The position numbers and the translations under genes were made by a program. This document shows positions 17,537-25,940 of a stretch of 28,100 nt of DNA, piece after piece. Under the pieces are notes generated by a model. The model had not been told where the DNA came from. It searched no databases and saw only the letters and a program-made list of their open reading frames with translations. Numbering within the stretch: the stretch's first letter is position 1; each line of letters starts with the position of its first letter. The stretch is from a virus. Lineage: Duplodnaviria > Caudoviricetes. Location of the stretch: IMG/VR virus record IMGVR_UViG_3300044724_008721, positions 1 to 28,100 of that record; one strand, given 5' to 3'.

Positions 17537-19132
17537 TTATGATTGCGTTAAATTTCTATAATAAACAATTAATTTTAAAACTCTAGTAAATTCGTTAGCA
17601 TTAGAATTTCCAAACTCAGCTAAAAAATAATTTCCTCTTAAATTACATGAATAAGCCGTAGAACTTACACCTTTATTGCCTATAACCGCAGTACCTACAA
17701 TAGCGGTTCCTATTAATGACGCATCTGTTGTTGAGGTGGTATATATCCTAGATATGCCCTCCCCTTCCCCAACAAAAGGCTTACCTAATCGATAAGCATT
17801 AAATACAAGATTAATATTCCAATTATCAGTTTCTCCAGTGAAATATATTTTATTTATTCTTTTTACTGTTCCTGCACTTCCCATAGGTAACAATGATAAA
17901 ATTGCTTTACTAACTATTGGCTCATTATTATCTGAATGAATATCATTATTCAAGGTTTCGTGAACTTCTCCGTTTAATCCCTTTACTCCGTATAATTTCA
18001 ATTTATTGCTTTGTGTTTGTGTTGCAAAAAAATTATAATCAAACCCTGTAAATTGACCCCAGTACGGCTGAGGCTGACTTATATTAGCTAAGAGATTAAA
18101 TTTTGTAGTATCACAAAAATAAGTTAAATCATTGTAAGTTAAAGAATTATTAACAGACTGAAAAGAAATTATATATTTATCCTGAAAAAATATTGCTGTT
18201 GCATTAATAGTGTTCGTTGTATCTAATAATTCTATAATATCGTCTTGTATATCCTCAGATATAATTGGAGAACCTGAACCACCCAGAGTATATTCACCAC
18301 TAGAAAAACTAATATTTGGGCTAATTAATCTAATATAGTTATCTGTTGATAGATATATAATTCCTATTTTTGTTCGCTTAATAGTATCAATAGATTGTGA
18401 ACCAATAATAGCATCCGTTCTCAATACATTCCAATTAGTTTTAGGTACTGGCATATCAGCATTAGGTAGAACATATACCCCACGTTCTTTGAATATAAAA
18501 AGGGCATCTCCCCATATCTCAATCCCTGTAATCTTCCCATCAATAGCAGGTGCAATTTTAATGCTGTTAGATGTAGTATTCCAATCCTCAAAATCTAAAA
18601 TTTCTGTATAATATAAGGTATCTTCTGCATCAACACCAAAAAGCCTATTTTTATGTAATTTTAGGTGGATTAGGCCACTAGGTACATTAGAAGTAATTTT
18701 ACTCGCTACTGGAGTATTACCAATAACTTTAACTAAATAATTTTCACCACTTGCCCCATATATAGCACGATTAGCCCCAAAACCTGCCATTTCCCACCTA
18801 ATCTTTTTATCTGATGTTAATCCTAGACTAGCATTAGCATCGTTCCAACCATTAGAATAATAATAAACTTTATCGTCTTGATTAGTTATTAAAAATTCTG
18901 AATCATTAGGACTAGTATAATTAGCAAGAGAAAAAACAGGATCATCAGGGGTTACACTAAAATTTGGATTTTCTGTTAATAATAGACCACCACCACGTTC
19001 TTCTAGGCCACCATTAGCCATATACATATAATTTTCGTTTTTACTTAATTGACCAGTCAAGGCATTAAAAACATCTCTCGATTTGGTTAAACCTCTAAAA
19101 TATTTGACTTCGGTATAAGGATAATTACCCAT
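17537..19132 (-). CDS. Tail hub/nozzle (packaged-DNA stabilisation or tail tubular B-like) protein
   Basis: 531-aa beta-rich protein with HKNRLF...LYYTE..D..DW and GDALFIFKERGVY patterns; follows the adaptor. Confidence 0.7.
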   Translation of the reverse strand: MGNYPYTEVKYFRGLTKSRDVFNALTGQLSKNENYMYMANGGLEERGGGLLLTENPNFSVTPDDPVFSLANYTSPNDSEFLITNQDDKVYYYSNGWNDANASLGLTSDKKIRWEMAGFGANRAIYGASGENYLVKVIGNTPVASKITSNVPSGLIHLKLHKNRLFGVDAEDTLYYTEILDFEDWNTTSNSIKIAPAIDGKITGIEIWGDALFIFKERGVYVLPNADMPVPKTNWNVLRTDAIIGSQSIDTIKRTKIGIIYLSTDNYIRLISPNISFSSGEYTLGGSGSPIISEDIQDDIIELLDTTNTINATAIFFQDKYIISFQSVNNSLTYNDLTYFCDTTKFNLLANISQPQPYWGQFTGFDYNFFATQTQSNKLKLYGVKGLNGEVHETLNNDIHSDNNEPIVSKAILSLLPMGSAGTVKRINKIYFTGETDNWNINLVFNAYRLGKPFVGEGEGISRIYTTSTTDASLIGTAIVGTAVIGNKGVSSTAYSCNLRGNYFLAEFGNSNANEFTRVLKLIVYYRNLTQS

Positions 19133-19848
19133 TAGCTATTGAAAAATACTGAGGGGTCGCTCATTGAACGCCTGTTGTTATTAAAATAGCTAGGATCTAA
19201 ACCAATAACTTTTTGATTGTTATTACTAAAATTAAGGTCTAAATTACTTTCTTCTTGTTTGGCTAATATTTGAAACTTTTGTTGATTTTGTAAATCATCC
19301 TCTCGTTGGTAAAACAAAAAACTGGCTGTATAAATAATTAAATTATTATAATCGATACTTAATTCAGTAGTATCAGAATCATTTACAAGCTCAGTAGGAT
19401 TTTTTACGCCTAACAACTTAATTACATCATTTTCTGTTCTATCAAAATGCTTGTTAAAAATAATCTTACCTTCTGCAATACTGTAACACGTAGGATCTCC
19501 AGTATAAGCCTCATTGAAAAAGTTGCTTGTTCCGCTAACCTGAATTAAATCTTTATACTCTTTTGGTAACAATTCTTTAAACGTATTACTTTTGTTTTTA
19601 AAATATAAATTTTTAATTATTATTAAATCACTAGGGAAAGTTACACTGTTTTGTCCGTTCGTTATATTAGCATTAATAGGCGTAGCATTATGCAATATAG
19701 AAGGCTGTACATCTCTTGCTATTAATCGTATAGAATTATTGATAAATCCGTTTAATATTGTGCTTGAAGGGTCTGTTGCTGTCGTTGTCGTTCCTACATT
19801 GATTTGTATTTCTAATTTATTTCTTAATTGTGATAAATCGCTACCCAT
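19132..19848 (-). CDS. Head-tail adaptor (tail tubular A-like) protein
   Basis: LSQLR...ILNGFINNS N-terminus, GQNSVTFPSDL, LVNDSDTTEL..DYNNLIIY; synteny. Confidence 0.7.
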   Translation of the reverse strand: MGSDLSQLRNKLEIQINVGTTTTATDPSSTILNGFINNSIRLIARDVQPSILHNATPINANITNGQNSVTFPSDLIIIKNLYFKNKSNTFKELLPKEYKDLIQVSGTSNFFNEAYTGDPTCYSIAEGKIIFNKHFDRTENDVIKLLGVKNPTELVNDSDTTELSIDYNNLIIYTASFLFYQREDDLQNQQKFQILAKQEESNLDLNFSNNNQKVIGLDPSYFNNNRRSMSDPSVFFNS

Positions 19849-19858
19849 AATACGCTCC

Positions 19859-20167
19859 TTACGTTAAAAAAATGTCATACTGTGAATTATCGTGTATTGC
19901 TGTAATTTGTATTTTGTTGATACTAATACTTTTAGTATCAAACCTATAAGAAGATGGTAAATAAATATCTTGCCCATAATTTACACCATCAGAACTAATT
20001 TTAAATGTAAATTCATGTGAACCGCTATTGTTAATATAACCTTGTACGGAGTTGCGTTCTAATGTCGTAGCAATGTCTATTGTTATTGTTCCATCGCCTG
20101 TATCTAAATCTGTATCATAAGTAGCATAATACTTTCTTTTCGGTTGATCGTATTGATTTTGTAACAT
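19859..20167 (-). CDS. Small beta-rich virion-associated hypothetical protein
   Basis: Between capsid and adaptor; ATG at 20167 has a GGAG RBS, whereas the track start at 20206 lies inside a terminator-like hairpin. Confidence 0.65.
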   Translation of the reverse strand: MLQNQYDQPKRKYYATYDTDLDTGDGTITIDIATTLERNSVQGYINNSGSHEFTFKISSDGVNYGQDIYLPSSYRFDTKSISINKIQITAIHDNSQYDIFLT

Positions 20168-20186
20168 TTTTACTCCATTTTTAACC

Positions 20187-20221
20187 AAAAAAAAAGATGA
20201 ACGCATATAATACGCTCATCT
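20187..20221 (-). terminator. Intrinsic terminator
   Basis: AGAUGAGCGUA-UUAUA-UGCGUUCAUCU, 11-bp stem with two GU pairs, followed by a long U run. Confidence 0.75.
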
Positions 20222-20252
20222 CTCCTGACTACGGTTTAAGTGGCTTTATTTA

Positions 20253-20280
20253 ATATTAACACTAAATAAAAAAATGTCAA
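20253..20280 (-). promoter_or_regulatory. sigma70-like promoter between the two terminators
   Basis: TTGACA (20280-20275), 16-bp spacer ending TGT, TAATAT (extended -10 like). Confidence 0.5.
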
Positions 20281-20282
20281 AC

Positions 20283-20321
20283 AAAAAAGCCCATCTCACA
20301 AGAGGGTTAGTGAGATGGGCT
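20283..20321 (-). terminator. Intrinsic terminator downstream of the major capsid gene
   Basis: AGCCCAUCUCAC-UAACCCUCUU-GUGAGAUGGGCU, perfect 12-bp stem running into a U tract. Confidence 0.85.
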
Positions 20322-20342
20322 ACTTATTGGAACGTTAATTAT

Positions 20343-20371
20343 ATTTTAATTAACAATTCGTTAAGTGTCAA
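20343..20371 (-). promoter_or_regulatory. sigma70-like promoter just after the capsid stop codon
   Basis: TTGACA (20371-20366), 17-bp spacer, TAAAAT (20348-20343). Confidence 0.55.
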
Positions 20372-20375
20372 CAAA

Positions 20376-21476
20376 TTAACCTTGAAATTCTGTGGTTAAT
20401 ATCCAAAGACCAGCAGATTTGTTTAAAACTTTTCCTACACCTAAAATAGACCAAGCGGCTTGTTTAATCTTAGACGCTGGATCATTTGTAGACTCTAACC
20501 CTGATTGCTTCAAGTAAAAATTAAATCCTTTTTCTCCACTTTCTCCTGCAATCATAGCTGTACCATAGGCTTCATCGCCAAACAATAAAGAACAATTTAA
20601 ATGCCCTGAAGATGTCGCTAATGTGTCACCTGATAATCTGAATGAATATGCTAAGTTAGATGTCATAATTCTTACGTTTGCAACAACACCAACTTCAGCA
20701 GGATTCTCCAAAGCTCTTTCTGAACTTGTTGGAGAAAACCAACCTTTGAAGCCTGAACTAGTTGTAAGCTGATACGCTGTTGTAGGATTAGTAATTAACT
20801 TAAAATATCCGTCTCTGCATGGCGGTACATCTTTTTCGTTTAATACACTGACAGCATGTTGAATAGTTTTAATAGTCATTGCTGAACCTGCTAAACTTGT
20901 AACATTAGCTGACTGTCCTACTCTAGTTTTATTGTGATACATCGGAAATCTATCACCATTTGCTGATCTGTCATGTGACCATACTTTCGCTGTTACACCA
21001 GTAGAGTTAAGAGTTCCACCATCTGTGGCTAAGTTGTTCATATTAACAGAAGATGCATTAGCTACGTCCGCGACAGCCATACCAATATCGTTACGAATCA
21101 TAACGTCTAATGATTTAACTGCTTGATCTTGAGCTTTTCTTGACGCTTGTTCTAATGCGTCTCCGATTGCTGTTAATGCTACTTGCTTAGATATTTGAAC
21201 ATAGCTTGATCTTTCGTGTAGATTAGCTGTAATTACCTGAGCCGATAAATAGCTTTGAGTAGACGAAAATTCGTCTGAATCATCAGAAAACAACGGATTT
21301 ATCTTGTTGTATCGTGTGAATTGAATAATATTACCAGTACCTTGTGGAATTGGCTTTTTGTATGGTGCGTTAGAATACCATACGGCCTTTTTATCAAAGT
21401 CTTGTAAGATTTGCAATTCATAATATGTATTTACAGCGTTAATCAATGACGCTTGTGTGGTTTGTTGGTCTGCCAT
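20376..21476 (-). CDS. Major capsid protein (N4-gp56-like, HK97 fold)
   Basis: KKPIPQGTGNIIQFTRY, EVGVVANVRIMTS, LLFGDEAYG, NDPASK...W patterns; between scaffold and a strong terminator. Confidence 0.85.
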   Translation of the reverse strand: MADQQTTQASLINAVNTYYELQILQDFDKKAVWYSNAPYKKPIPQGTGNIIQFTRYNKINPLFSDDSDEFSSTQSYLSAQVITANLHERSSYVQISKQVALTAIGDALEQASRKAQDQAVKSLDVMIRNDIGMAVADVANASSVNMNNLATDGGTLNSTGVTAKVWSHDRSANGDRFPMYHNKTRVGQSANVTSLAGSAMTIKTIQHAVSVLNEKDVPPCRDGYFKLITNPTTAYQLTTSSGFKGWFSPTSSERALENPAEVGVVANVRIMTSNLAYSFRLSGDTLATSSGHLNCSLLFGDEAYGTAMIAGESGEKGFNFYLKQSGLESTNDPASKIKQAAWSILGVGKVLNKSAGLWILTTEFQG

Positions 21477-21500
21477 TATTTTATCCTTTTGACTGTCTCA

Positions 21501-22406
21501 CTATATCGTTAATCCTGCATTTACCTTTACCCACTCCCTAAACTCTTTAGGTGTATTGGGTTGAGGCTTACCCTTCCAACTGTTGCTATTATTATTTGTT
21601 GAACTAGTTTGTGGGGAATTGGCTTTAACTTTTCTAGCTAAGACATTATTTTTTTTTTGAATTTGGTTTGAGCTAGAGTTTTGATTTTTAATTTTAGCGT
21701 AAATTTCTTTTTTGACTGCTTGTATCCATCCCTTCTTGTTAATTGTTGAATTTTGACCATATTGATCAATTCTTTTTTGCAATTCACCTTGAAATGCAGG
21801 AAGTAACTCAGGGTTTAACTCCATAAGATTTTCCTCAATTATTCGATAAGCATTGTCATTTTCTCTAAAATTATTTTCTAGTTCTTGCTCAGTTTGTTTT
21901 ATTTCTTGGTTTTTCAAACGCTGGTATTCCTCTTGCGCAAGTGACTTAATAGCCTCAACATCCGAAGGGTCATAATTAGAATATTTATCTTCTATATCTT
22001 CCTTTTCTTTCTCTCTATTAAACTGTTGTGTTAATTGTGTTAATTCTTCAACTTGCTTTTTGAGAGTGTTGATATTGTTTTCTTGCTGAGATATTTTTTT
22101 TGTTCCATTTTCGATAATATTTATCAATTCATCATTTGATTTACCATCAAAAAATTTGTTTGTCTGAGGTTTAACTTCTTCATCGCTTTGAATTGTTTCT
22201 TCATCGCTTTGAATTGTTTCTTCATCGCTTTGAATTGTTTCCTCAGTTTCTAGCGTTTGATCTGATTCCTCTACAACATCATCAGAAGCTACAGGTTTTT
22301 CATCTACCTTTTGGATTCCGTTAGCTTCATTGATAAAATTAGCTAACTCTTCCATCTTCTGTTGATTACTTGTACTTAAATCATTTTGAATGTTGTCATT
22401 TTCCAT
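21501..22406 (-). CDS. Capsid scaffolding protein
   Basis: Acidic low-complexity N-terminus, coiled coil, basic/Ser-rich C-terminus, directly upstream of the capsid gene. Confidence 0.7.
   Translation of the reverse strand: MENDNIQNDLSTSNQQKMEELANFINEANGIQKVDEKPVASDDVVEESDQTLETEETIQSDEETIQSDEETIQSDEEVKPQTNKFFDGKSNDELINIIENGTKKISQQENNINTLKKQVEELTQLTQQFNREKEKEDIEDKYSNYDPSDVEAIKSLAQEEYQRLKNQEIKQTEQELENNFRENDNAYRIIEENLMELNPELLPAFQGELQKRIDQYGQNSTINKKGWIQAVKKEIYAKIKNQNSSSNQIQKKNNVLARKVKANSPQTSSTNNNSNSWKGKPQPNTPKEFREWVKVNAGLTI
22179..22241. repeat. 3 x 21-bp in-frame tandem repeat (ETIQSDE)
   Basis: ttcatcgctttgaattgtttc repeated three times exactly. Confidence 0.95.
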
Positions 22407-22414
22407 TTTAATTT

Positions 22415-22897
22415 CTATGCTCCATATTTAATATTATTTTTAGTATTAGTTAGAAAATCATCGCTAAAATCTTTCATTAAGTCCTTGTATGCCTTAATGA
22501 CATCACTGTTTTGAAGAATTATTTTTAATTTATTTTCGGCTACATCTATAGGTAACGTATTAGTCATATTTAACTTTTTAGCTATTGTAGCCCTGCTCTC
22601 TTTCATTCCATTAGAAAAACCGTGCCTGTCAATTAACTGCGTAATGTACAAACCATCTATTTTTTTTCCGTTGAAAATGTAGTAAGCGTTACTAATATGC
22701 TCAATAGTCACATCAAAAAAACGTGCTGTAGAAACTTTACATTTATTTGAATGATTACTTTGAAAAATTAAATCTGTGTACAAAGCCTCATCAAACTTTA
22801 CGCTTATTTCTTCTTTTTTCTTTTTCTTTGGACGTTTTTTTTCTTCTTTTATTTCTTCGTTTGAAGATTCCGTCAATATTTCATTTTCATTTTTCAT
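22415..22897 (-). CDS. Hypothetical protein
   Basis: 160-aa ORF in the head operon, AGGTG RBS. Confidence 0.7.
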   Translation of the reverse strand: MKNENEILTESSNEEIKEEKKRPKKKKKEEISVKFDEALYTDLIFQSNHSNKCKVSTARFFDVTIEHISNAYYIFNGKKIDGLYITQLIDRHGFSNGMKESRATIAKKLNMTNTLPIDVAENKLKIILQNSDVIKAYKDLMKDFSDDFLTNTKNNIKYGA

Positions 22898-22906
22898 GTT
22901 TTCACC

Positions 22907-23104
22907 TTATTTTTTCTGTTCAAAAACAGTTTTTATTTTCTTCAATGTTTGCCTTGCTGTTGCTAATTTAATAACTTCAATATAGTTATTTTCATTACAC
23001 ATCAGTAAGTGATTATCCATAGTCTCGTGTAGTATCATCAATTCATTGTCAATTATTGCTATGACCTCATCCGAACTATAAACATCTCTTAAATTGTTAC
23101 GCAA
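22907..23104 (-). CDS. Small hypothetical protein downstream of portal
   Basis: 65-aa helical ORF overlapping the portal stop; TTG start. Confidence 0.55.
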   Translation of the reverse strand: MRNNLRDVYSSDEVIAIIDNELMILHETMDNHLLMCNENNYIEVIKLATARQTLKKIKTVFEQKK

Positions 23105-25058
23105 TCTTCTGTCCTGTTGCTTTTTCTAGAGCTACTTCGTTGGCATCTTTAATCATGTCACTCTCAAGTTTTATTTTTGTTTTTTCTTTTTCCATGTCTA
23201 ATTCTTCTATCATTCTTTCTTTTCTATCAAATTTTTGTGCTTGTAATGCTTTTAACTGTTGTTCTTGCATTTGTTTTTCTGCTTCCATTACTGTTTCTTC
23301 GTCCAGGAATATATCTTTGCCGTCATCTTTAATGCCAAAACTAGATAACAGTTTTTCCCCTGCAACTTTCCAATCTAATCGTTTTGCTAAGGGTGGAACA
23401 CTTTGAGCATAATTTAAAAAGTTCATGTATCCGTTTTGATGTGCTATTTCATTAGATAACTCTAAATTACCCAATACTTTAATATTGAAGGTAAAATATA
23501 ATTGTTTCATGTCCAGTGCCTTCGTTATCCCTTTTGAATTGAGTTCTTCTTCTGTATAAATGGTTAATAAATCATCTACTGTTTTAAACGTAATATTTCT
23601 TTCATAGAGCATTTCGATAAAGGGCTTTAAAACTTCGTTTGTCTGAAGCATTATTAGCTCATTAAGTGGCATATCATTCTGAGCTATTATTGATAACGTA
23701 GCCCCTTTAGTTTGTGGGATTTTCGATCTGTCGCTTGTCCCTTCTTGCACTGGCGATAAACTAAATAATTGGTCTATATCTCGTTGTATAACCGCACTAT
23801 CATTTAAGTTTACGTTAGCAAGTGATGGGTTAATAATAGACGTTATCCCATCCGATCCAATGCCTTCAATAATTCCGTTAGGTCGCCATTGATAATCCCA
23901 GTTTATATTCTTAGATTTATCTATATATGTCATTGGAAAAATTGATTGAGTGTTAGCGTCTCTTGATTGCGATCTACAAGCATTTAATTCTCTTAGTAAG
24001 TCTAATCCAGCTATTACGTTGCTAACACCATAAAAACAGTTAGGGATAGGCTCATATTTACCTGAAATGAACGGTCTAGGGTATCGCTTATGAATGTAAG
24101 GGCTTTCTTCTAATTGTATAACAACAAATCCATTAGCTATAGTACATATTACCTCTTTTTCTACGCCATCAATAATATATTTACCGTAACATTCATCGAT
24201 CTGTACTAGACCACTTTTTGTAGTTTCTTTCATTAATTTATCAATCTTGCTTTTTTGTCTTCGTGTAAATCCTAACAATTCAATATAAGATTGTTGTTCT
24301 GCTGAATAACCATCATCGTTAGTAATAATTAAATCAAGATTATGATACTTTCCCTCTTCTTCTTCTTTCTCTTCGTAACCTGAAATTTCACCTGTATCAG
24401 GGTCGATAAGCTCATAAGTATTAGTCACTTTTCTTTTTTCTAATTTTTTTAAATCTTCGTATCTAATCGCGGTAGAATGAATATTAGCTAATGAATTTTG
24501 CAAGTTGTACTGATTAACATCAGTGTAAAACTCAGTTAATAGAATAGGCTCAAAATAAGTATCGTCTTTAATAACTATTTCATCTTCTGTATTTTCATCA
24601 TCAGGGAAAAAGTCCACTATGCTAGTTTCGTACACCTGTGGTATTTTAGCGATTGCCGTACCTTGAATAATACAATTTTTAAGAAACAATCTGTAACAGT
24701 CCATGAAATTAATGGTATTTAATTGTTTTTCAAAGATATATTTATTCCATAAATCAATAAATTCGTCTTGAACGTCTGAATCGAGCGTAGGCTCAATTCT
24801 TCCAATAGGAATATTATTAAATAGAATTTTCATTATTCTTGACTGAATACCTTGAACTTTCCATTTCATTATAGGGCTATTAATTCTTGCCCTACCTTCA
24901 TAAACCTTAGTTAGATTATCATCAAGCATATAGACAGCATCTAAAGCTTGTCGCCATGCTTCCTCATAAGACTGTCTCTGATCTTCATAAGTTTTCTTTA
25001 AACTCATAAAGTGATCTATAGCAAGATATTCATCTTGGTAAGTGTTGTAGTTTTTCAA
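23097..25058 (-). CDS. Portal protein (P22-like podoviral type)
   Basis: 653 aa; ESPYIHKRYPRPFIS..YEPIPNCFYGVS, LLRELNACRSQSRD, WRPNGII, coiled-coil tail; first gene of the head operon; TTG start. Confidence 0.85.
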   Translation of the reverse strand: MKNYNTYQDEYLAIDHFMSLKKTYEDQRQSYEEAWRQALDAVYMLDDNLTKVYEGRARINSPIMKWKVQGIQSRIMKILFNNIPIGRIEPTLDSDVQDEFIDLWNKYIFEKQLNTINFMDCYRLFLKNCIIQGTAIAKIPQVYETSIVDFFPDDENTEDEIVIKDDTYFEPILLTEFYTDVNQYNLQNSLANIHSTAIRYEDLKKLEKRKVTNTYELIDPDTGEISGYEEKEEEEGKYHNLDLIITNDDGYSAEQQSYIELLGFTRRQKSKIDKLMKETTKSGLVQIDECYGKYIIDGVEKEVICTIANGFVVIQLEESPYIHKRYPRPFISGKYEPIPNCFYGVSNVIAGLDLLRELNACRSQSRDANTQSIFPMTYIDKSKNINWDYQWRPNGIIEGIGSDGITSIINPSLANVNLNDSAVIQRDIDQLFSLSPVQEGTSDRSKIPQTKGATLSIIAQNDMPLNELIMLQTNEVLKPFIEMLYERNITFKTVDDLLTIYTEEELNSKGITKALDMKQLYFTFNIKVLGNLELSNEIAHQNGYMNFLNYAQSVPPLAKRLDWKVAGEKLLSSFGIKDDGKDIFLDEETVMEAEKQMQEQQLKALQAQKFDRKERMIEELDMEKEKTKIKLESDMIKDANEVALEKATGQKIA

Positions 25059-25132
25059 ACAAAAACCTATTTATTTAAAATAATGTTAATAGTTAGACTT
25101 AGATTAATGTTTTATGTTAATAATATATTTAA

Positions 25133-25161
25133 ATTATATATAAGAAAAAGCAGAAAATCAA
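25133..25161 (-). promoter_or_regulatory. sigma70-like promoter for the portal/structural operon
   Basis: TTGATT (25161-25156), 17-bp spacer, TATAAT (25138-25133). Confidence 0.6.
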
Positions 25162-25166
25162 ACATA

Positions 25167-25195
25167 TTGAAAAATTTATAATTTTTAATTATAAT
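25167..25195 (+). promoter_or_regulatory. Rightward sigma70-like promoter with no plus-strand gene downstream
   Basis: TTGAAA (25167-25172), 17-bp spacer, TATAAT (25190-25195). Confidence 0.55.
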
Positions 25196-25209
25196 TATAG
25201 GCATAAATT

Positions 25210-25244
25210 GTTGCCTTGTTCACCCTTTTTCAGGGCAACTTTTT
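25210..25244 (+). terminator. Plus-strand intrinsic terminator-like hairpin
   Basis: GUUGCCUUG-UUCACCCUUUUU-CAGGGCAAC, 9-bp stem with one GU pair (a C-A mismatch on the other strand), then UUUUU. Confidence 0.55.
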
Positions 25245-25397
25245 AATATTGTATATTGGTTTTTTATACTTAGGCTTTTTGTAATCAGATAAAGAATTGA
25301 TATTGTAAGAGATAAAGCAAGAGAGAAATCCTTTTAGAGATTTTATTTCAGATAAATCTATGTATTTTTTCTTTTTAAATAATTTAAATAATTTCAT
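25230..25397 (-). CDS. 55-aa basic peptide (MKLFKLFKKKKYIDLSEIKSLKGFLSCFISYNINSLSDYKKPKYKKPIYNIKKLP)
   Basis: Below the ORF-track cut-off; AAAGGGG RBS; starts 11 bp after the DUF1064 stop. Confidence 0.55.
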   Translation of the reverse strand: MKLFKLFKKKKYIDLSEIKSLKGFLSCFISYNINSLSDYKKPKYKKPIYNIKKLP

Positions 25398-25408
25398 AAT
25401 TTTCCCCT

Positions 25409-25756
25409 TTATGTTTCTAAAAAAACAAAGTATTCACCATATTTTTTTAAAAAAAGTTTTCTTTTTAGTTTGTATGTGTCTGTCAAAGCCCCTTTTGAAT
25501 CTTCAACAATATAAAAGCCGTTTTCAAGGTATACAAAATCAGCTATATAGTTAATTGGTCTTACTTTATCAGATGTTTGTTTTTTACATTCATGATGATT
25601 ATTTAAAGTAAATCCTTCTAACAACTCAAAAGAGAATTGACATTGTAATTCACTTATTAAATTAGCTTTTTCTAAAATAGAAAGCTCATTATAACGCCTG
25701 TATTCTCTTTTTGAATCGAACCCCCCCCTTTTAACATTTTTATATTTGTTTCGCAT
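25409..25756 (-). CDS. DUF1064 family protein (PD-(D/E)XK nuclease-like)
   Basis: NKY...FDSKREYRRYNEL...Q..FEL...YIADFVY...VEDSKG..TDTYKLKRKLF. Confidence 0.88.
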   Translation of the reverse strand: MRNKYKNVKRGGFDSKREYRRYNELSILEKANLISELQCQFSFELLEGFTLNNHHECKKQTSDKVRPINYIADFVYLENGFYIVEDSKGALTDTYKLKRKLFLKKYGEYFVFLET

Positions 25757-25940
25757 TAAAACCTAAAATACTATCCTTATCTTTTTCTTCTCTAAGATAC
25801 CTATCTTTTTCTTCGGAGGATGCATCTTGAATCTTTCCAGTATAATATATATTGCCTGTTTTAGATTCGTTTTCCCATAAAGCAAATTTTTTAGTTTCTC
25901 CATTAATATTAATATATCCGTTTATTTTTGGTTTATTCAT
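25740..25940 (-). CDS. Small hypothetical protein, possibly ssDNA-binding
   Basis: GYININGETKKFALWENESKTGNIYYTGKI; ATG at 25940 follows AAGGAG (track start 25970). Confidence 0.6.
   Translation of the reverse strand: MNKPKINGYININGETKKFALWENESKTGNIYYTGKIQDASSEEKDRYLREEKDKDSILGFNAKQI

Noticed and set aside
20168-20206. N-terminal extension MRSSFFLVKNGVK of the 19859 gene
   Set aside because: It runs through a terminator stem and U tract; the ATG at 20167 has a proper GGAG RBS
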